This document shows, piece by piece, positions 1 to 13,288 of a DNA stretch of 64,000 nt. Position 1 is the first letter of the stretch, and every line of letters begins with the position of its first letter. The DNA lies in NCBI RefSeq assembly GCF_006345805.1, contig NC_043008.1:57040001-57104000 (forward strand), given 5' to 3'. Made by a program: the position numbers and the translations under genes. The notes under the pieces were generated by a model. The model was not told the DNA's origin. It was given only the letters and a program-made list of their open reading frames with translations, and made no database searches. Origin of the DNA: Octopus sinensis (Eukaryota).

Positions 1-1230
1 AAGTTAGTCGGTTAACTGATTTCTTCAGTCACGCTTTACATTGCATAGAGGAAGGGGAGGAGAGAGAGAGAGAGAGTAAAAGAAAGCCACAGGGAAAGTT
101 CACATAAGAGCTGCATAATGAATGCACATACGAGATTGGTGGCAGGCAATGAGTGAAAGAACACTATACACAAAAATGAAAGAGAACGAATCAGAGAGAC
201 GGAGAAACAGGAGAAGGAGAAAGTGAGGAAGGAATGAAAGAATAGTTACGGATGGGGGAGGAGGGGAGTCCACCAAAATGAAATTTATTATTTTACACTA
301 TTTTAGGGAAACAAATATTTTACTGTTGAAAATTAGTTTTCGTGTTATCATTTTGTATACGCACCGACAAATTTGATAAATATCGTATTTCAACATGTTC
401 ATACAACCAAATTTACTGAAGCCACAGCAATAACATAATTTGTTAAAAGTTAAATTATAATTATTATATGTAGCCCATATTTCCTGATATTAGCCATTAT
501 GGCCAACGTATACATCCAAAATTACTTGTCATATAACGTGTAACATTTCAGTTACACTGTTTACATTTAGTTCTGATTTGAGAATGAATATGATGCACCG
601 AAAATATTCCACCGTAGATACTTTTTTCATGTTATAGACTACCTATTTCCTTGAATGCTAAGTAATTTGTAAGCCCGTGTTTCGAACATAACTATAATAC
701 GAAACACTAGATATATCTGTAACGGGTACATTAAGACTACCTAGGAATGAAACTCGTTAGAATATGTTGGTGAAAGTAATTACCCGAAAGAAGAAGAGCA
801 CACTCGTCGTCAAGACAAAGGGAAGAACTGTTAATTTTATTAACGTAAATAAATCTTTGAAAGTCGAATTATTTTGCTTCATTTGCTCAGTAAATTCTTA
901 TGTATAAAAATGCTTAAATACGACATTTATTACATTTTATATTATATGTGAAAGATTAGGTTTCAGATTATTGGTATGTGGATAGATGTGTATTTGAAAT
1001 ATATTACACGCAAACTACGGTTGGACAGATATTTTGTAATCACTACAATTGTTTCGACGCCACGTCTTGTTGACTCCAATTTTATATTCACACAGGACGA
1101 ATGGCTAAACGTAAACCTTTGAAGTATGTATAATACTACTAACGGATAGTACAGGGTAATGCAGAAGGTGGGCAAGCTTCATACTGTGCCTCATTCATAA
1201 CGGCATATAACATAGCTATCTATCTATCTA

Positions 1231-1274
<44 letters not shown>

Positions 1275-1629
1275 GGTGTAGGAATAGGCATTCTTTTTTA
1301 GTGCCTTATTATTTAACGCACACCCCCGGTTCGAATTCCTCTCATTTACTTTTTTTTGTATTTTTCTATTTTTTTTAAATAAGTAAATGAGTGGAAATCG
1401 AACCGGTGTGTTAAATTATAAGGCACTAAAAGAGAATGATTCTCCCCAGACACAATAAAATATGCTTCAACACACGAATTCACAAAAGGAATCTTGCAAA
1501 CCAGATACATAACCGATGTATACATGTGTGTGTGTGTATGTGTGTGCGTGTGTGTAAAAGATGTAAGGACCAAAATCCTTTGAAGGGACGTTAAACAACC
1601 CAGTCAGCCAGGTCAGTTAAACCAAAGAA

Positions 1630-3920
1630 TATATGAAACCTTCATATTCAGTATTAGTATAATCAATAAGTGAATAATGTATAAAGAAAGAAAAAAATAT
1701 AGGCATAGACGATCTTGTAATCCGAAGTTGGTACAAATCCAAAAAAGATTCTAGAAATTGTTTCCATCGTAATCAATTCCAAACTCAAACGAAAAAAAAT
1801 GGTCCTTTTGAAATCAAAATTACTTATTGTTATAGTCCTGTGTCATTTGTTCAACCTGGTATAATGGAAAAAAATTGAAGTTGACGTCTCTATGAAGTAT
1901 ATTCCGATTCCATCTAAGAAGGAATTTTTGAAAGACCTGGTAATTAAATCAACTGAATTGATTCATAGACTCAGATAAAAAAAAAAACACACTTTTTCAT
2001 TTCGATACAAGAATTGAGTCGTCAGATATTGATCAAGTTATTAATGAAATTATATATAAGACAATTTTTTAAACTACGAAATTTCTGCCTTTGAACAATC
2101 ATCTGACCAATTTTGAATGTGAATTGTAGGACATCGTGAAAAACGTTAAGTATAAAGTATTCCCCCATTGGGGTAAAAAACATTCATTGAAACTGAAATT
2201 GTTTCTGACTCGAGAAAAGAAAGGCATCATTGTTCAATCTGATAAGACTGGAATCAATCCTGACGTGAATCTCTATCACAAACTATAAAAAAGGAAAATA
2301 CAAATAATATAAAATAGCCAATCAGAAAGTTTTGAGCAATAATAATTTAATTGCTAAAAGTATTATGGAAGATTATCATCTGGATAATAGGGCTGAACCA
2401 TTTGTTCCTAAAAGACCTAGATTCATTTTAAAAGTCCATAAGGATACTTTTTATAGTAACCCTACAGTGCGCTTGACTTGCCCCGGGAAATCTGATACGG
2501 GGAGACTTATTTATGCCATTTTAGATAAGTATATTTCAATTCTCAAGGATAAAATTAAGTTGCACCCTTGGTCTAGCTCTTATGAGGTTATTGATTGGTT
2601 CAAAGAAATCAAGGAAAAGGGCAGGAATATGTTTGCTTAGATAGATATTAATAGTTATTATTCTTCGATTAATCAAGTAGTTTTAAATAAGGCATTAATA
2701 CTTGCATTAAGGCCTTAATATTTGCATTTTAGCAGATAGAAGATCCTTCATTGCTTTTAAGAATAAGTTTTGCGTTAGAAAGGATAGTTATGACGGTTTT
2801 GATATTCCTGTGGGGGCGGCGGATTCCCCTCAGGTTACGGATATAGTAGGTATTTACATTCTGTTTAAGTTAAGGAGTGAGTTTCTGGAGCTTAAATCCT
2901 TAAATCCTTAAAAATGTTTTAGCCCGAAGGCCGCGGCCATGCTGGGGCACCACCGCTGAATGAGCTACACTAGTTTGTGAATCCACCTCTGATACGTGGC
3001 ACTTGATCAACAAGGGAGTTCGATGCTGCTGCCCGCATCCGTGTCTCCTGTCGTGAGGTAGGTTCATCTGGGACTCCCAACAAGAAGAGATCCAGTTTAG
3101 TTTTAAAGAAACCCACATCCACACCATGTAAGTCTCTCAGGCATTTAGGGAGGATGTTAAAGAGCTGTGGTCCTCTGAAACCCAAGCTGTTGCAGTATCT
3201 GGACCTGTATTTTGATGGTGATGTTGGAATCCTTGGCACCACGCAGCGGCGCCCCGTTCTGCGGTTGGAGTAACTTTGAATGCCAAAGTTTGGGACAAGA
3301 CCCAAATCCCCAAGCTTGCTGGGGATTTATACTAAGACGGCTCTTTGTTTACCGTTAAGAATGTTTCTAATAGGAAATTAGATCTATATAGAAAGAAGTT
3401 TCTATGGTTTTAAAAGTTAGTTTCACCATAGTAAATAAACATGAATCTATTAACTTCCTAGATGTTAACTTTAATTAGATTACTGTTATTTACAAACCTT
3501 ATCATAAGCCTAACTCTAATCTAATCAGAAAGTAATTATCCAGACTGTGTTAAAAAATTTCTATTTTACACTATTTCTAGGAGAATTTGTGCCTTATCTT
3601 CTTGTAAGGAAGTTTTTGATAAAAAAATACTGATTACTATAATATAGCCCTTAATAATGCTGGTTACACTGGAAAAATTGAATACCTTAATATTTCTAAC
3701 CCTAATTATACTGATAAATTGAAACTTACTAAATATTTTAAATATTCCTCCTTTAACTTCAGTTACTAATGATCATAAATATAAATATAATTATGTGCTT
3801 AAAGGTTATAATTTTAAGTTGGTCTAGAATAACACTGACATCTCAGTTTAACATATATTTACCAAAATTACATTAAAATCTGTTGAAATGCTAACAGAGA
3901 AAATTTATTCAATAAAATCG
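1630..3920 (+). mobile_element. Penelope-like retroelement (PLE) reverse transcriptase remnant with stops and frameshifts, interrupted by a LINE fragment at 2894-3312
   Basis: ORF 2332-2640 reads LKVHKDTFYSNPTVRLTCPGKSDTGR...HPWSSSYEVIDWFKEI. It continues past a stop as IDINSYYSSIN, then DIPVGAADSPQVTDIVGIYIL, GDLY*DGSL (decayed LYRDDGL), INFLDVNFN and ALNNAGYTGKIEY. This is the motif order of PLE RTs (from family knowledge). Boundaries are approximate. Confidence 0.85.
2894..3312 (-). mobile_element. 5'-truncated CR1-group LINE 3' end
   Basis: ORF 2970-3305 (NSLGFRGPQLFNILPKCLRDL...FKTKLDLFLLGVPDEP...RAAASNSLVDQ) is a typical LINE RT C-terminus. It is followed by a 3' UTR and a (TTTAAGGA)n-type tail. 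AGCTT flanks both sides (2889-2893, 3313-3317), and removing the insert restores the PLE frame. Confidence 0.85.
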
Positions 3921-3934
3921 TCAATGACTTCTAC

Positions 3935-4455
3935 CACGTCCTGCAAACGACTTCAGATTCTCCAGCAACCCTTCTGGACGCTCACTGTGTTTAAGTTGGT
4001 GAATACTGCTAGAATCCTTACCTTCAGTTAATCTTTGGTGTTACAAGGAGTTTTGTTGGTCTTTCGTTCAATTGCACCCCACTCATATTGTCAAGGGGGT
4101 TGCAAATCTGGGGAGTTAGGTGGCCAGATATTAGCGGGTGATATGGTAGCAGAAATCGTCTTCCAACTATGATTGTGTTCTCCTGTTTGTGTGGCATGGT
4201 GCAGAGTCCTATTGCCAGACATAGGGTCTTCCAGCAGCCATCCACTTGACCCAGGGCAGCACTACCTCTTCCAAGCGCTTGATGTAGACCTCTGTGTTGA
4301 GTCTGAGGCCATGAGGGAAGATGAATGGAGGCATAACGTCGCCATCACTAGTAAATATTCCAAACACCATAATGTTAACAGGATGTTTGATTTTTGTCAC
4401 TCACGGTACATGCCCTCAGATAGCACTGTCCTCAGTATGACTTCCCAAAACTGAA
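3935..4455 (-). mobile_element. Tc1/mariner transposase remnant (maT/DD37D-like)
   Basis: Reads KHPVNIMVFGIFTSDGDVMPPFIFPHGLRLNTEVYIKRLEEVVLPWV...GRPYVWQ*DSALCHT, then a frameshifted NPLD motif. Confidence 0.85.
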
Positions 4456-4753
4456 ATATTTGTATTGGAGCTTCCGGGCCAAATGCCAAACAGTACAACA
4501 TGTGGTATCCAAGTTTCTGTCAGACTGAATTGCAGTATGGTGCTGATTTTTTCACAGACGGTGCCCAACCGACCCTATTATACTATGCTGTCGACAAAAT
4601 CAAACATACAATTATGCGCGTGCTCAAAATTAAAAGTATAAATTGGTGACAATTTACCTATTGCACAGTGTAAACACACATATACATACATACATACATA
4701 CATACATAATACATACATACATACATACGTACATACATACATACATACATACA

Positions 4754-4785
<32 letters not shown>

Positions 4786-4804
4786 AATATATATATATAT
4801 ATAT

Positions 4805-4887
<83 letters not shown>

Positions 4888-5495
4888 TAAGAATACATTT
4901 AAGAAAATTCTCTCCATTCTAATATGGCGAATGCTTTAGTTCACGTGAATGAACTACCAATTGCTGAAGTACTTTTGGGGCGGACAAAATAAATTCATGA
5001 AACAGAAATAAAACAAAACTAAGTAAAAATGTGCATGGCTAAGAATGTTGCCCCAGCAATATCTCAGTATCCCTCTATTAGTCACTTAACAGCGTAATTG
5101 CAATTATATAAAATAATTATAATTTTTTTCTTAAGCCTGGCTGCTTCATTTAGTAAATCGTTCGCTACACTATGTCTTATGAACGGATAAGAATACATAC
5201 ACAGCACGTAAATTTCTAACGTGCGTGTTAATAATACGGCTTAGCCACGAAGACATTGAAACGCCTCAAAGCTAAACCAAACAATCAAGTTCTCAGCTAA
5301 TAATTTAATTTTCTGTTTTTGCTTTTTGAATGAAGCTAGAAAAAAAAAACGAAATTATTACTATTTTCTTTTTCTTCCCTTCATTCTGAATTTCTGTAAC
5401 TCCACTTAAAACGTTATTTGGGGCATAATAGCATAATTATTTGCGGTTATATAAATGTATGTGTGTGTGTCTGTGCCTATGTATATTGTCGTGTC

Positions 5496-5531
<36 letters not shown>

Positions 5532-5858
5532 CGTACATACACATATGTAGAAATATATTGTTATAATCATTTATGTCGAAGTGTTATCACGCCCATTCCG
5601 GTATGTGGCAGTTAGTAAGAGAAATAAGACCACGGCTATCTATGACTGTCTACGTCGTACTCTTTCCATTCTGACTGACATCACCTTACTTGTATGACTA
5701 GAACACACCACTCGTCACGTGGGAGGGGTATACCATTATTACTATTATCCCTCAACATATGTATATATGTACATATACATATATACATATAACATGTATA
5801 TATATAAATAAATATATTCACATTATATATGTGTGTGCACTTATATATATACATATAC

Positions 5859-5911
<53 letters not shown>

Positions 5912-6237
5912 GGGGGGGTGTATGTGTGTGTATATATATATATATTATATATATATATATATGTCATTTAGAGATAGAAGTCCCCATGCAATTCATCAAA
6001 TCCTAATATACATCACAACATATAGAATTTATTTCAATACTTACTAATCACTTCTAAATTTCGCTTCTACACGTGTTTCCGTGTAGAAGCGAAACTTGGA
6101 ACTGAAATATATTAGGTTTTAATGATTTGCATGAGGTCTTCTAACTCTAAATGTCATCTATTTTCTGATTGGGAATAATTCAATTTATTTTAATCCCTGT
6201 GACGCCGGTATTTTATTCCCTAATTAATATATAATAA

Positions 6238-6302
<65 letters not shown>

Positions 6303-7261
6303 TATTTTATATACATATATATTTTATATACATATGCATATTTGTTTAATTGTATATATATTTTTTTCTTGTTTGTTAAAATATAAAATGACGGTAAAGA
6401 TGGTTGGGATATCAGATTATTTTGCATATAGTTCATATGCTGTTATTGATTTTAAAGGCAATATTTATTTTTAAGTATTTGCAACTTCTTGCTACTCTAG
6501 GCAGTGTTATAGTACGACTATACGTTTTTCACACCCACTATTATTTTAATTATATATATATATATTTTGTTCTATATAATGTTAAATGTCAGGAATTTTG
6601 AAACGAGATAAATCACTTAACTTTTGTTAAATCCTTCACGATATTGAACACGTGGTTATTATATGTGAACACGCGTCGCTACTTTAGACGTTTCGTTTTA
6701 TATTAACATAAGAATAGATAATTATATCATTAGTTGATAATTGTTGCCAGAGAAAGATTTACAGTTTAAACCTCGGCATTATTTCATAATCATGTAGACT
6801 CAATACAATACATGATTCATTCACGATCAGTTGATGGCAAGTCGAACTATACATGAACTTTGTATATTAATTATCAAGAAATGAGCCTAAGAGTATGCAG
6901 CAATTAATTAAACCGTCTTCATTGTCGACTTCCACACTAATTTCGCATCCAGACGAGATTTCTCTGCGGGGTAATTTATTAAAGTATCATTAAATATTGA
7001 AAATATTGGAATATATTAAATGTTAATTGTGTTGCAGTAAAGAAAAATAAATCTTGCTTAGTTGTGGTAGAGCTGTGGTGAATGTATAGTAAATTATTGC
7101 ATAGATATGGTTATAATTTAGAGCAAGGATCAAAGTATATGGCAATCGGAACTAACGATACAATAAGCAAAAGTTAACCCGTTATAAACTTCCTCGCTCG
7201 AGACCCATGAAATTTCTTTTTGGGCTATCACGCTTTCTTGCTATTATGTCATACGTCTTGA

Positions 7262-8030
7262 GGCCAGTGAGCTGGCAGAAACGTTAGCACGCCGGGCGAA
7301 ATGCTTAGCGGTATTTCGTCTGCCGTTACGTTGTGAGTTCAAATTCCGCCGAGGTCGACTTTGCCTTTCATCCTTTCGGGGTCGATAAATTAAGTACCAG
7401 TTAAGCACTGGGGTCGATATAATCGACTTAATACCTATGTCTGTCGATGTTTGTCCCCTCTATGTTCAGCCCCTTGTGGGTAATAAAGAAATAGGTATTT
7501 CGTCTGCCGCTACGTTCTGAATTCAAATTCCGCCGAGGTCGACTTTGCCTTTCATCCTTTCGAGTTCGATTAAATAAGTACCAGTTACGGACTGAGGTCG
7601 ACAAAAATCGACTTAATCCGTTCGTCTGTCCTTGTTTGTCCTTTCTGTGTTTAGCCCCTTGTGGGTAGTGAAGAAATAGGTATTTCGTCTGCCGTTACGT
7701 TCTGAGTTCAAATTCCGCGCAGGTCGACTTTGGCTTTCATCCTTTCGGCGTCGATTAAATAAGCACCAGTTACGCTTTGGGGTCGATATTATCGACTTAA
7801 TCCGTTTGTCTGTCGTTGTTTATCCTCTCTGTGTTTAGCCCCTTGTGGGTAGTAAAAAAATAGGTATTTCATCTGCCGCTACGTTCTAAGTTCAAATTCC
7901 GCCGCGGTCAACTTAGCCTTTTATCCTTATGGGGTCGATAAATGAAGTATCAGTTGCGTACTTGGGTTGATCTAATCGACAGGCTCCCTCCCCAGATGTT
8001 TCGGGCCTTGTGCCTAGAGTAGGAAAGAAT
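7262..8030 (+). mobile_element. SINE family A: head plus four tandem ~184-bp internal units
   Basis: The head gagctggcagaaacgttagcacgccgggcg carries a B-box-like gagttcaaattcc. ggtatttc(g/a)tctgcc recurs at about 7310, 7494, 7679 and 7864. The last unit ends ...ggccttgtgcctagagtaggaaagaat. Confidence 0.85.
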
Positions 8031-8049
8031 ATATATATTAAAATAATCT

Positions 8050-8512
8050 TCGGTCACCAGTGTAGGCTACCATGAAATGCTGACCAACAAACTGAAACCA
8101 GAAATCCGTACCACGCGCCGAGGTTTATCGTCTCATCATGACAATGCACTCCCACATATGGCTGTGCACACCGTTTAAAACTACCGATAAATTAGATTTC
8201 GAGTTTTTTGGAACACACTACACTCAGTCAGATCTCGCCCCTTCCGACTAACACCTTTTTGGACCGCTAAAACATTATTTACTAGGTTGTCGATTTGCTA
8301 CGAAGAAAGAAATGCAGTAAATGGTGCATAAATCTCTGAACGACCAGCCAAAATCCTTCTTCTCCGATAGAAGAGGCAAGCTTCTGGACTGCAGGAGAAA
8401 GTAGCATAGAAAAACAAGGAGACGACGTCGAAAAAGGATGTAATTGTTTTAAGCCCTGTTTTTGTTTTAATATACAGCTGAAACAAGAATGCCTATAATT
8501 TTTGACCCACCC
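8050..8512 (+). mobile_element. mariner transposase C-terminal remnant
   Basis: Reads YHEMLTNKLKPEIRTTRRGLSSHHDNALPH, then DLAPSD-like, HLFGPLK-like and IEKQGDDVEK segments, and a TIR-like end (ttttgacccaccc). Confidence 0.8.
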
Positions 8513-10522
8513 TTTTGTGTGTGTGTGTATATATATATATATAGTGTTCCTTTAAGGTTGTGTCAGCAAAAAAAGTACTCTATCCAGTACTCTATTATTT
8601 AATGTACTCAGTGTTTAGAATAGAGACACTGTAAATAGGTACATTTATATGTCCTTCGTGTCTCCAAGTAATCCTGTGGCTCAGGGCTCATGGCTAATTA
8701 TTTGAAAACCAGTACGCTGGAACATGAGTAGTGACCTGCGTTCTGGTTTTCAATAGGACTAAACATAAGCTCTCATCTTGAGGATTACTGAGAGACATAA
8801 GGAACGTTATGTAAATATGTCTAATAGTGTCTCTATGGAAAGAAACTATTATATTAGCAGCTCTGTTGTAATACGGGTTATATTCTCCATCAATAATTTG
8901 GTCGGGTTTGCTCTGATATCTTTTGACCCGCACATGCCATCCATCTCGATCCCTGCATTATCGGGGACAGGTCTTCGTAGAAGCATGGAGTATCTCTGCT
9001 GATTTGATCTACATACGTTGTGTTAGGATACGCTGATTACATTGAATGATCGAGAGAGATCAAGAAAGAAATAGACATACATACAAGCACACATTGTATA
9101 TGTGTGTGTGTGTATGTGTAATCAAACACACACACACATATATTGTACAAAATGTGTCCCACATGTTACAAAGCGATCACAAGTGCACAAGACTTGCGCA
9201 TGGGCATGATCAATATAATCGACTATGGAATTTTACTGTTGTGTATGTTGTGAAGCGCCCCTGGGAAAGATGAAAGTTAAAGCTGACCCCGGTAATATTT
9301 TCGTTCAGAACTTTAACCAATCTAGCTGCATAATACATGGCATTCTGCCAGAATTGAATCAATTTTTATCCATTCACTCTCCTTGGGAAATATATGGTAT
9401 TAAAATCAATTTTGTGTAAGAACAAAATAAAATTCGCTTCGTGATAGAGATTGTTATTGCGCTTAAGGTATATTTTACTGAAAACAATATAACGATATGA
9501 TACTGTCAGGGAGTTTGAAAAGTGTTGTGTTGTTGACCTAACGTTCGAAAAGTATTATGTAGCTCCTAGCTGATAAGCAAGTGAAAAACAAACTTCTTGT
9601 GTCTCCAATAATATTTAACTTTCATTTAATAATATACTCGATTATCTAAGTTGTAGAATTGTATTCAGTTCGTTTAATAGGAAAATTACTTTCACGAGAC
9701 AGAAAACTTACTGGAAAGAAGAAAAATGCAGGAGAAAATCTTATTCTGTTTCAGAAAACTTTATAAACGCTGCATTTATTTGTATAGATTCTGGAAACTA
9801 ATGGTGGCGTTCACTGGAATTCTATAATGATCAATATTATAATCATCAGAAATGTACTACACTCCGCCATATTTTGTATTGTTTTGGCATGTATATTTAA
9901 AAATTAATCAATAGAGAATTTAATACATTATTCAATATATTGTAATCTTAATTAGATCAACAATCCACAGAATTTTGCAAACACCGTAATTTCAATAAAT
10001 TTTGCTTGTTTCACATGCCTCTCTTGTTGAACAATCTAATAACTTTACAGGATATAACATATGGAATATGAATAATATTATATAATCTATTTGTGTTTTT
10101 GTATTTGTATGTGCAATTGTGGGTGAACTGTTGTGTGTGCGTCTGTATGTGCTTGACAATATAAACAGGAAAATAGAATTCAATACATAAATTATAGTAT
10201 AGCTATTTATCTTTTGTTCATTAGCTGCGGCTCGAAAATAAATAACTCAAGACCCTCAAGGTTCGTACTATAGTACTAATGAAATTTGCGACATATATAT
10301 ATATATATATATATATATACGTTGGTTAAAATGGCGACCAGTTTTTCATGTAGTGAGATATCTCTTGTCAATTATCATTCCTGCCACATGGGAACGTTGG
10401 TAGTTGTCTCCATCTTGAATTTCCCTTCCCGTGAACACTTTGTAGATTTGTTAACCCACAAAAAATGAATATTTATCCCCTAATGCAGTGTTGAGGGCTC
10501 ATTCCCTCACTGTTCGATAATA

Positions 10523-10574
<52 letters not shown>

Positions 10575-10712
10575 GAAATGAAGAAAATGCTTACAAAATA
10601 ATTTAAGTAAGGGAGAGTGTATTTAATTAGGTGAAAGTTCTTTTTACCGGTTGCGCATTTGTTATGCTTATCAAAAGATATTTTTTTAAGAGAGATAGAG
10701 TTCCTTTCTGAT

Positions 10713-10775
<63 letters not shown>

Positions 10776-11098
10776 TAAATGAAAGACGGAAGACGGAATA
10801 TAAGAGAAGTTTTTATTAATCACGATTGCTTTTCAACTGGTGGCTGAGGATGGAATTACATGTGGTCTTAATTCAAAGAGTATATTTAATAAAGTTCTGC
10901 TGCAGAGAGAAAGATGCGCGATAACTTAAATCTCACAGTATATGAGGGCATTAGTTTCGCAGCTGTAACAGATGAAACTTTACACGATAATTGCTATGAA
11001 ATATATTCAAGCGAGCGAATATTAGCCATAGCAAATTTGCTCCTTGGTTCCACATATTTAATGTAAATTGCAGACATTTTGAGATTCGCATGTAAAAT

Positions 11099-11420
11099 GC
11101 ATTGCCTAGTGGTTAAAATGTTCATCTCTGGATCATGATGCAGTGGGTTCAATTTTGGGATCGGCTGACGCGTCGTGTTCTTGAGCAAGGCTGTTATTTT
11201 TACGTTACCTCAGTCTACCCAGCTCTGGTTGTGAACCAATTGTGTGTGTGGTGCTTTCTCCTCCTCGAGCTGCCAAATTCTGGCTGAATCGTTAGATCAA
11301 AGTGTGTGCTAGTCGAAAGGGTTAATGTGTCTACTTGCAACTAAATAGTCATTTAAAATAACTGGCACACATTACCAAACCATAGCAGACCAGTAGGGTG
11401 GCTGACTCTAAAGGATTTGC
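11099..11420 (+). mobile_element. degenerate tRNA-derived SINE
   Basis: ttgcctagtggttaa (A box), gggttcaattttg (B box), and central gttcttgagcaagg...cagtctacccagct. Confidence 0.6.
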
Positions 11421-12813
11421 AATAATATAGAGATGATATAACATTCTTCGTGAGCTATGATAAATCATGTTTCATACTTTTATGTTTTGTAGTAATCACT
11501 GATATGAATGTGAAGCAAATGTGTCACCCATCGTGCGATATAATGTTGAGGAAACATTGGCGACAAAAAAACTGTAAGAAACTAGCTGATTGGTTGATTA
11601 ATGGAAAGGTTGACCTAACAATAGATTAGTTAATTATTTTGATACTTAACTAAAATGAAAAGGTTAAATATGAAAAGGTTAAATATAACCAGTGCGTGTG
11701 TTTCTATTGGCAAAAATAACAGCCCTCTAACAGAACAAAATTTGTTCCTACACCCATTTTCATATCAAGAAGCTTTCAAGTCAAATACGAAAACAAAGTT
11801 GTAATTAATAAATATATCCATTAATATTTTGAATATCTGTCGGGGAGATGTTTAATGAAATTATGTCGCTGTTAGTGACATTTTCTTTTTTTCATATTTT
11901 TGTAAGGCAAATAATTGGGAATAGTAAATACGTAAATACAACCCTGAGAAATATGTAGGATTCTGAAGACAACAGTGTCCGCGAATCGAACATGGTTGAA
12001 TCAAATTCTGTGAAAGACTTCCAGTAGTGTCACACAGAACAAAAAGGATTTGATTGATGGCATAAGTATGTGATAATGGATATGAAAAGTTCATCATACG
12101 AGAGACACATAAAGTAGAAAGGATGCTGACATTTTAATGATGCATGATGGGATGTCAAGTGAAGTAACCTGGTATTTGAAATATGTAGTAATAATCGATT
12201 ACAACGTAGCGTAGTTTTCAATAACGCTATCAAAATACAGCGCTGATTTGACATGGCTGTTTCCGATCAACAGCACGAAATCTTAAATACCTGTGCAAAA
12301 TCGACAATTTTTAATAATTATCTTTGCCAACATTAAACTGTTCTTATAATAACATTTCGCCACTTCAGGCTCGAAATTACTATCGCAATTATCAATTCAA
12401 CTTAATTTGCTGTCTCTAGCCAAAATGTTACCATCATTAAAACCAAAGCGCCAAGAAGGAAAATATCTAATTAGAAGAATTTACATGAATATAGAAACCA
12501 AACCGCGATTAGACCTGAAACGATTATTCGTTATAACGCATATGTTCTGATCAAACGATAACCTAGTCGTATGAAATAAACTCTATACGACAATAGTGTG
12601 ACTGGAAAGGTGTTTAGTTATGCCTGCTGGATTTCTCAATTTACATACGTTCTTTTGAAAAGTACTCTTGACGTTTCCGCATATGAAGAAAATTAGCAAC
12701 ACTGAAATGTCGGATGAGGTCTAGGATATTTTAAAATTGTTTCCAAGCGCTACAATCTTTTTCAAATTGTCACCACCTTTTTTAAATTTTATATACTGAT
12801 GTTGTCTTGCATA

Positions 12814-13288
12814 CCGTAAATCCCTAGGGCGTACTATATACGAGGTTAAAAATGAAAAATATTTTCTAAGCAGTGTCCGAGTCTCTATTTTCTATCCGGC
12901 AATGTTTATTCAGACGCATTTTGTGATGTCGGGCGTGAAAAGACCTTAAGCTAAGCCTGAAAGCAATGAAGTCATAAATGAATCATCCATAACTTGCAGT
13001 AAGCAACATTTATTAAAATAAAAGTATTCAGAATACAGAATAACATGTAAGAAAAACAATTTGCAAACATATTAATATTCTCATATAACAGTTAAGAACA
13101 TCACCATTATTGTATTATGCATGCACAGAAGTGTTTGTTCGACTAGGTGCTGCTGGCTTAATTACGCACGACTCAAGTTAGAGAAGGGGTGAGTATTATA
13201 TACGAGGTTTAGGTTTTTCAGAAGTACAGTCCCCTGAAAATCCCCAGCGTATTATACTCAAGGGCGGGCTATACTCGAGGATTTACGG
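12814..13288. mobile_element. pogo/Tigger-type MITE
   Basis: Terminal inverted repeats CCGTAAATCC...GGATTTACGG are flanked by TA on both sides, with subterminal tatatacgagg/tatactcgagg repeats. No ORF. Confidence 0.7.

Noticed and set aside
677-707. 8-bp hairpin GTGTTTCG/CGAAACAC
   Set aside because: It is too short to exceed chance in 64 kb.
1999-2025. CTGACGA...CGAAAT on the minus strand within the PLE remnant
   Set aside because: The intervening sequence cannot form stem II, and there is no stem I or III.
6684-6712. GAAACGTC with a possible degenerate core on the minus strand
   Set aside because: There is no stem II, and it is too decayed to distinguish from chance.
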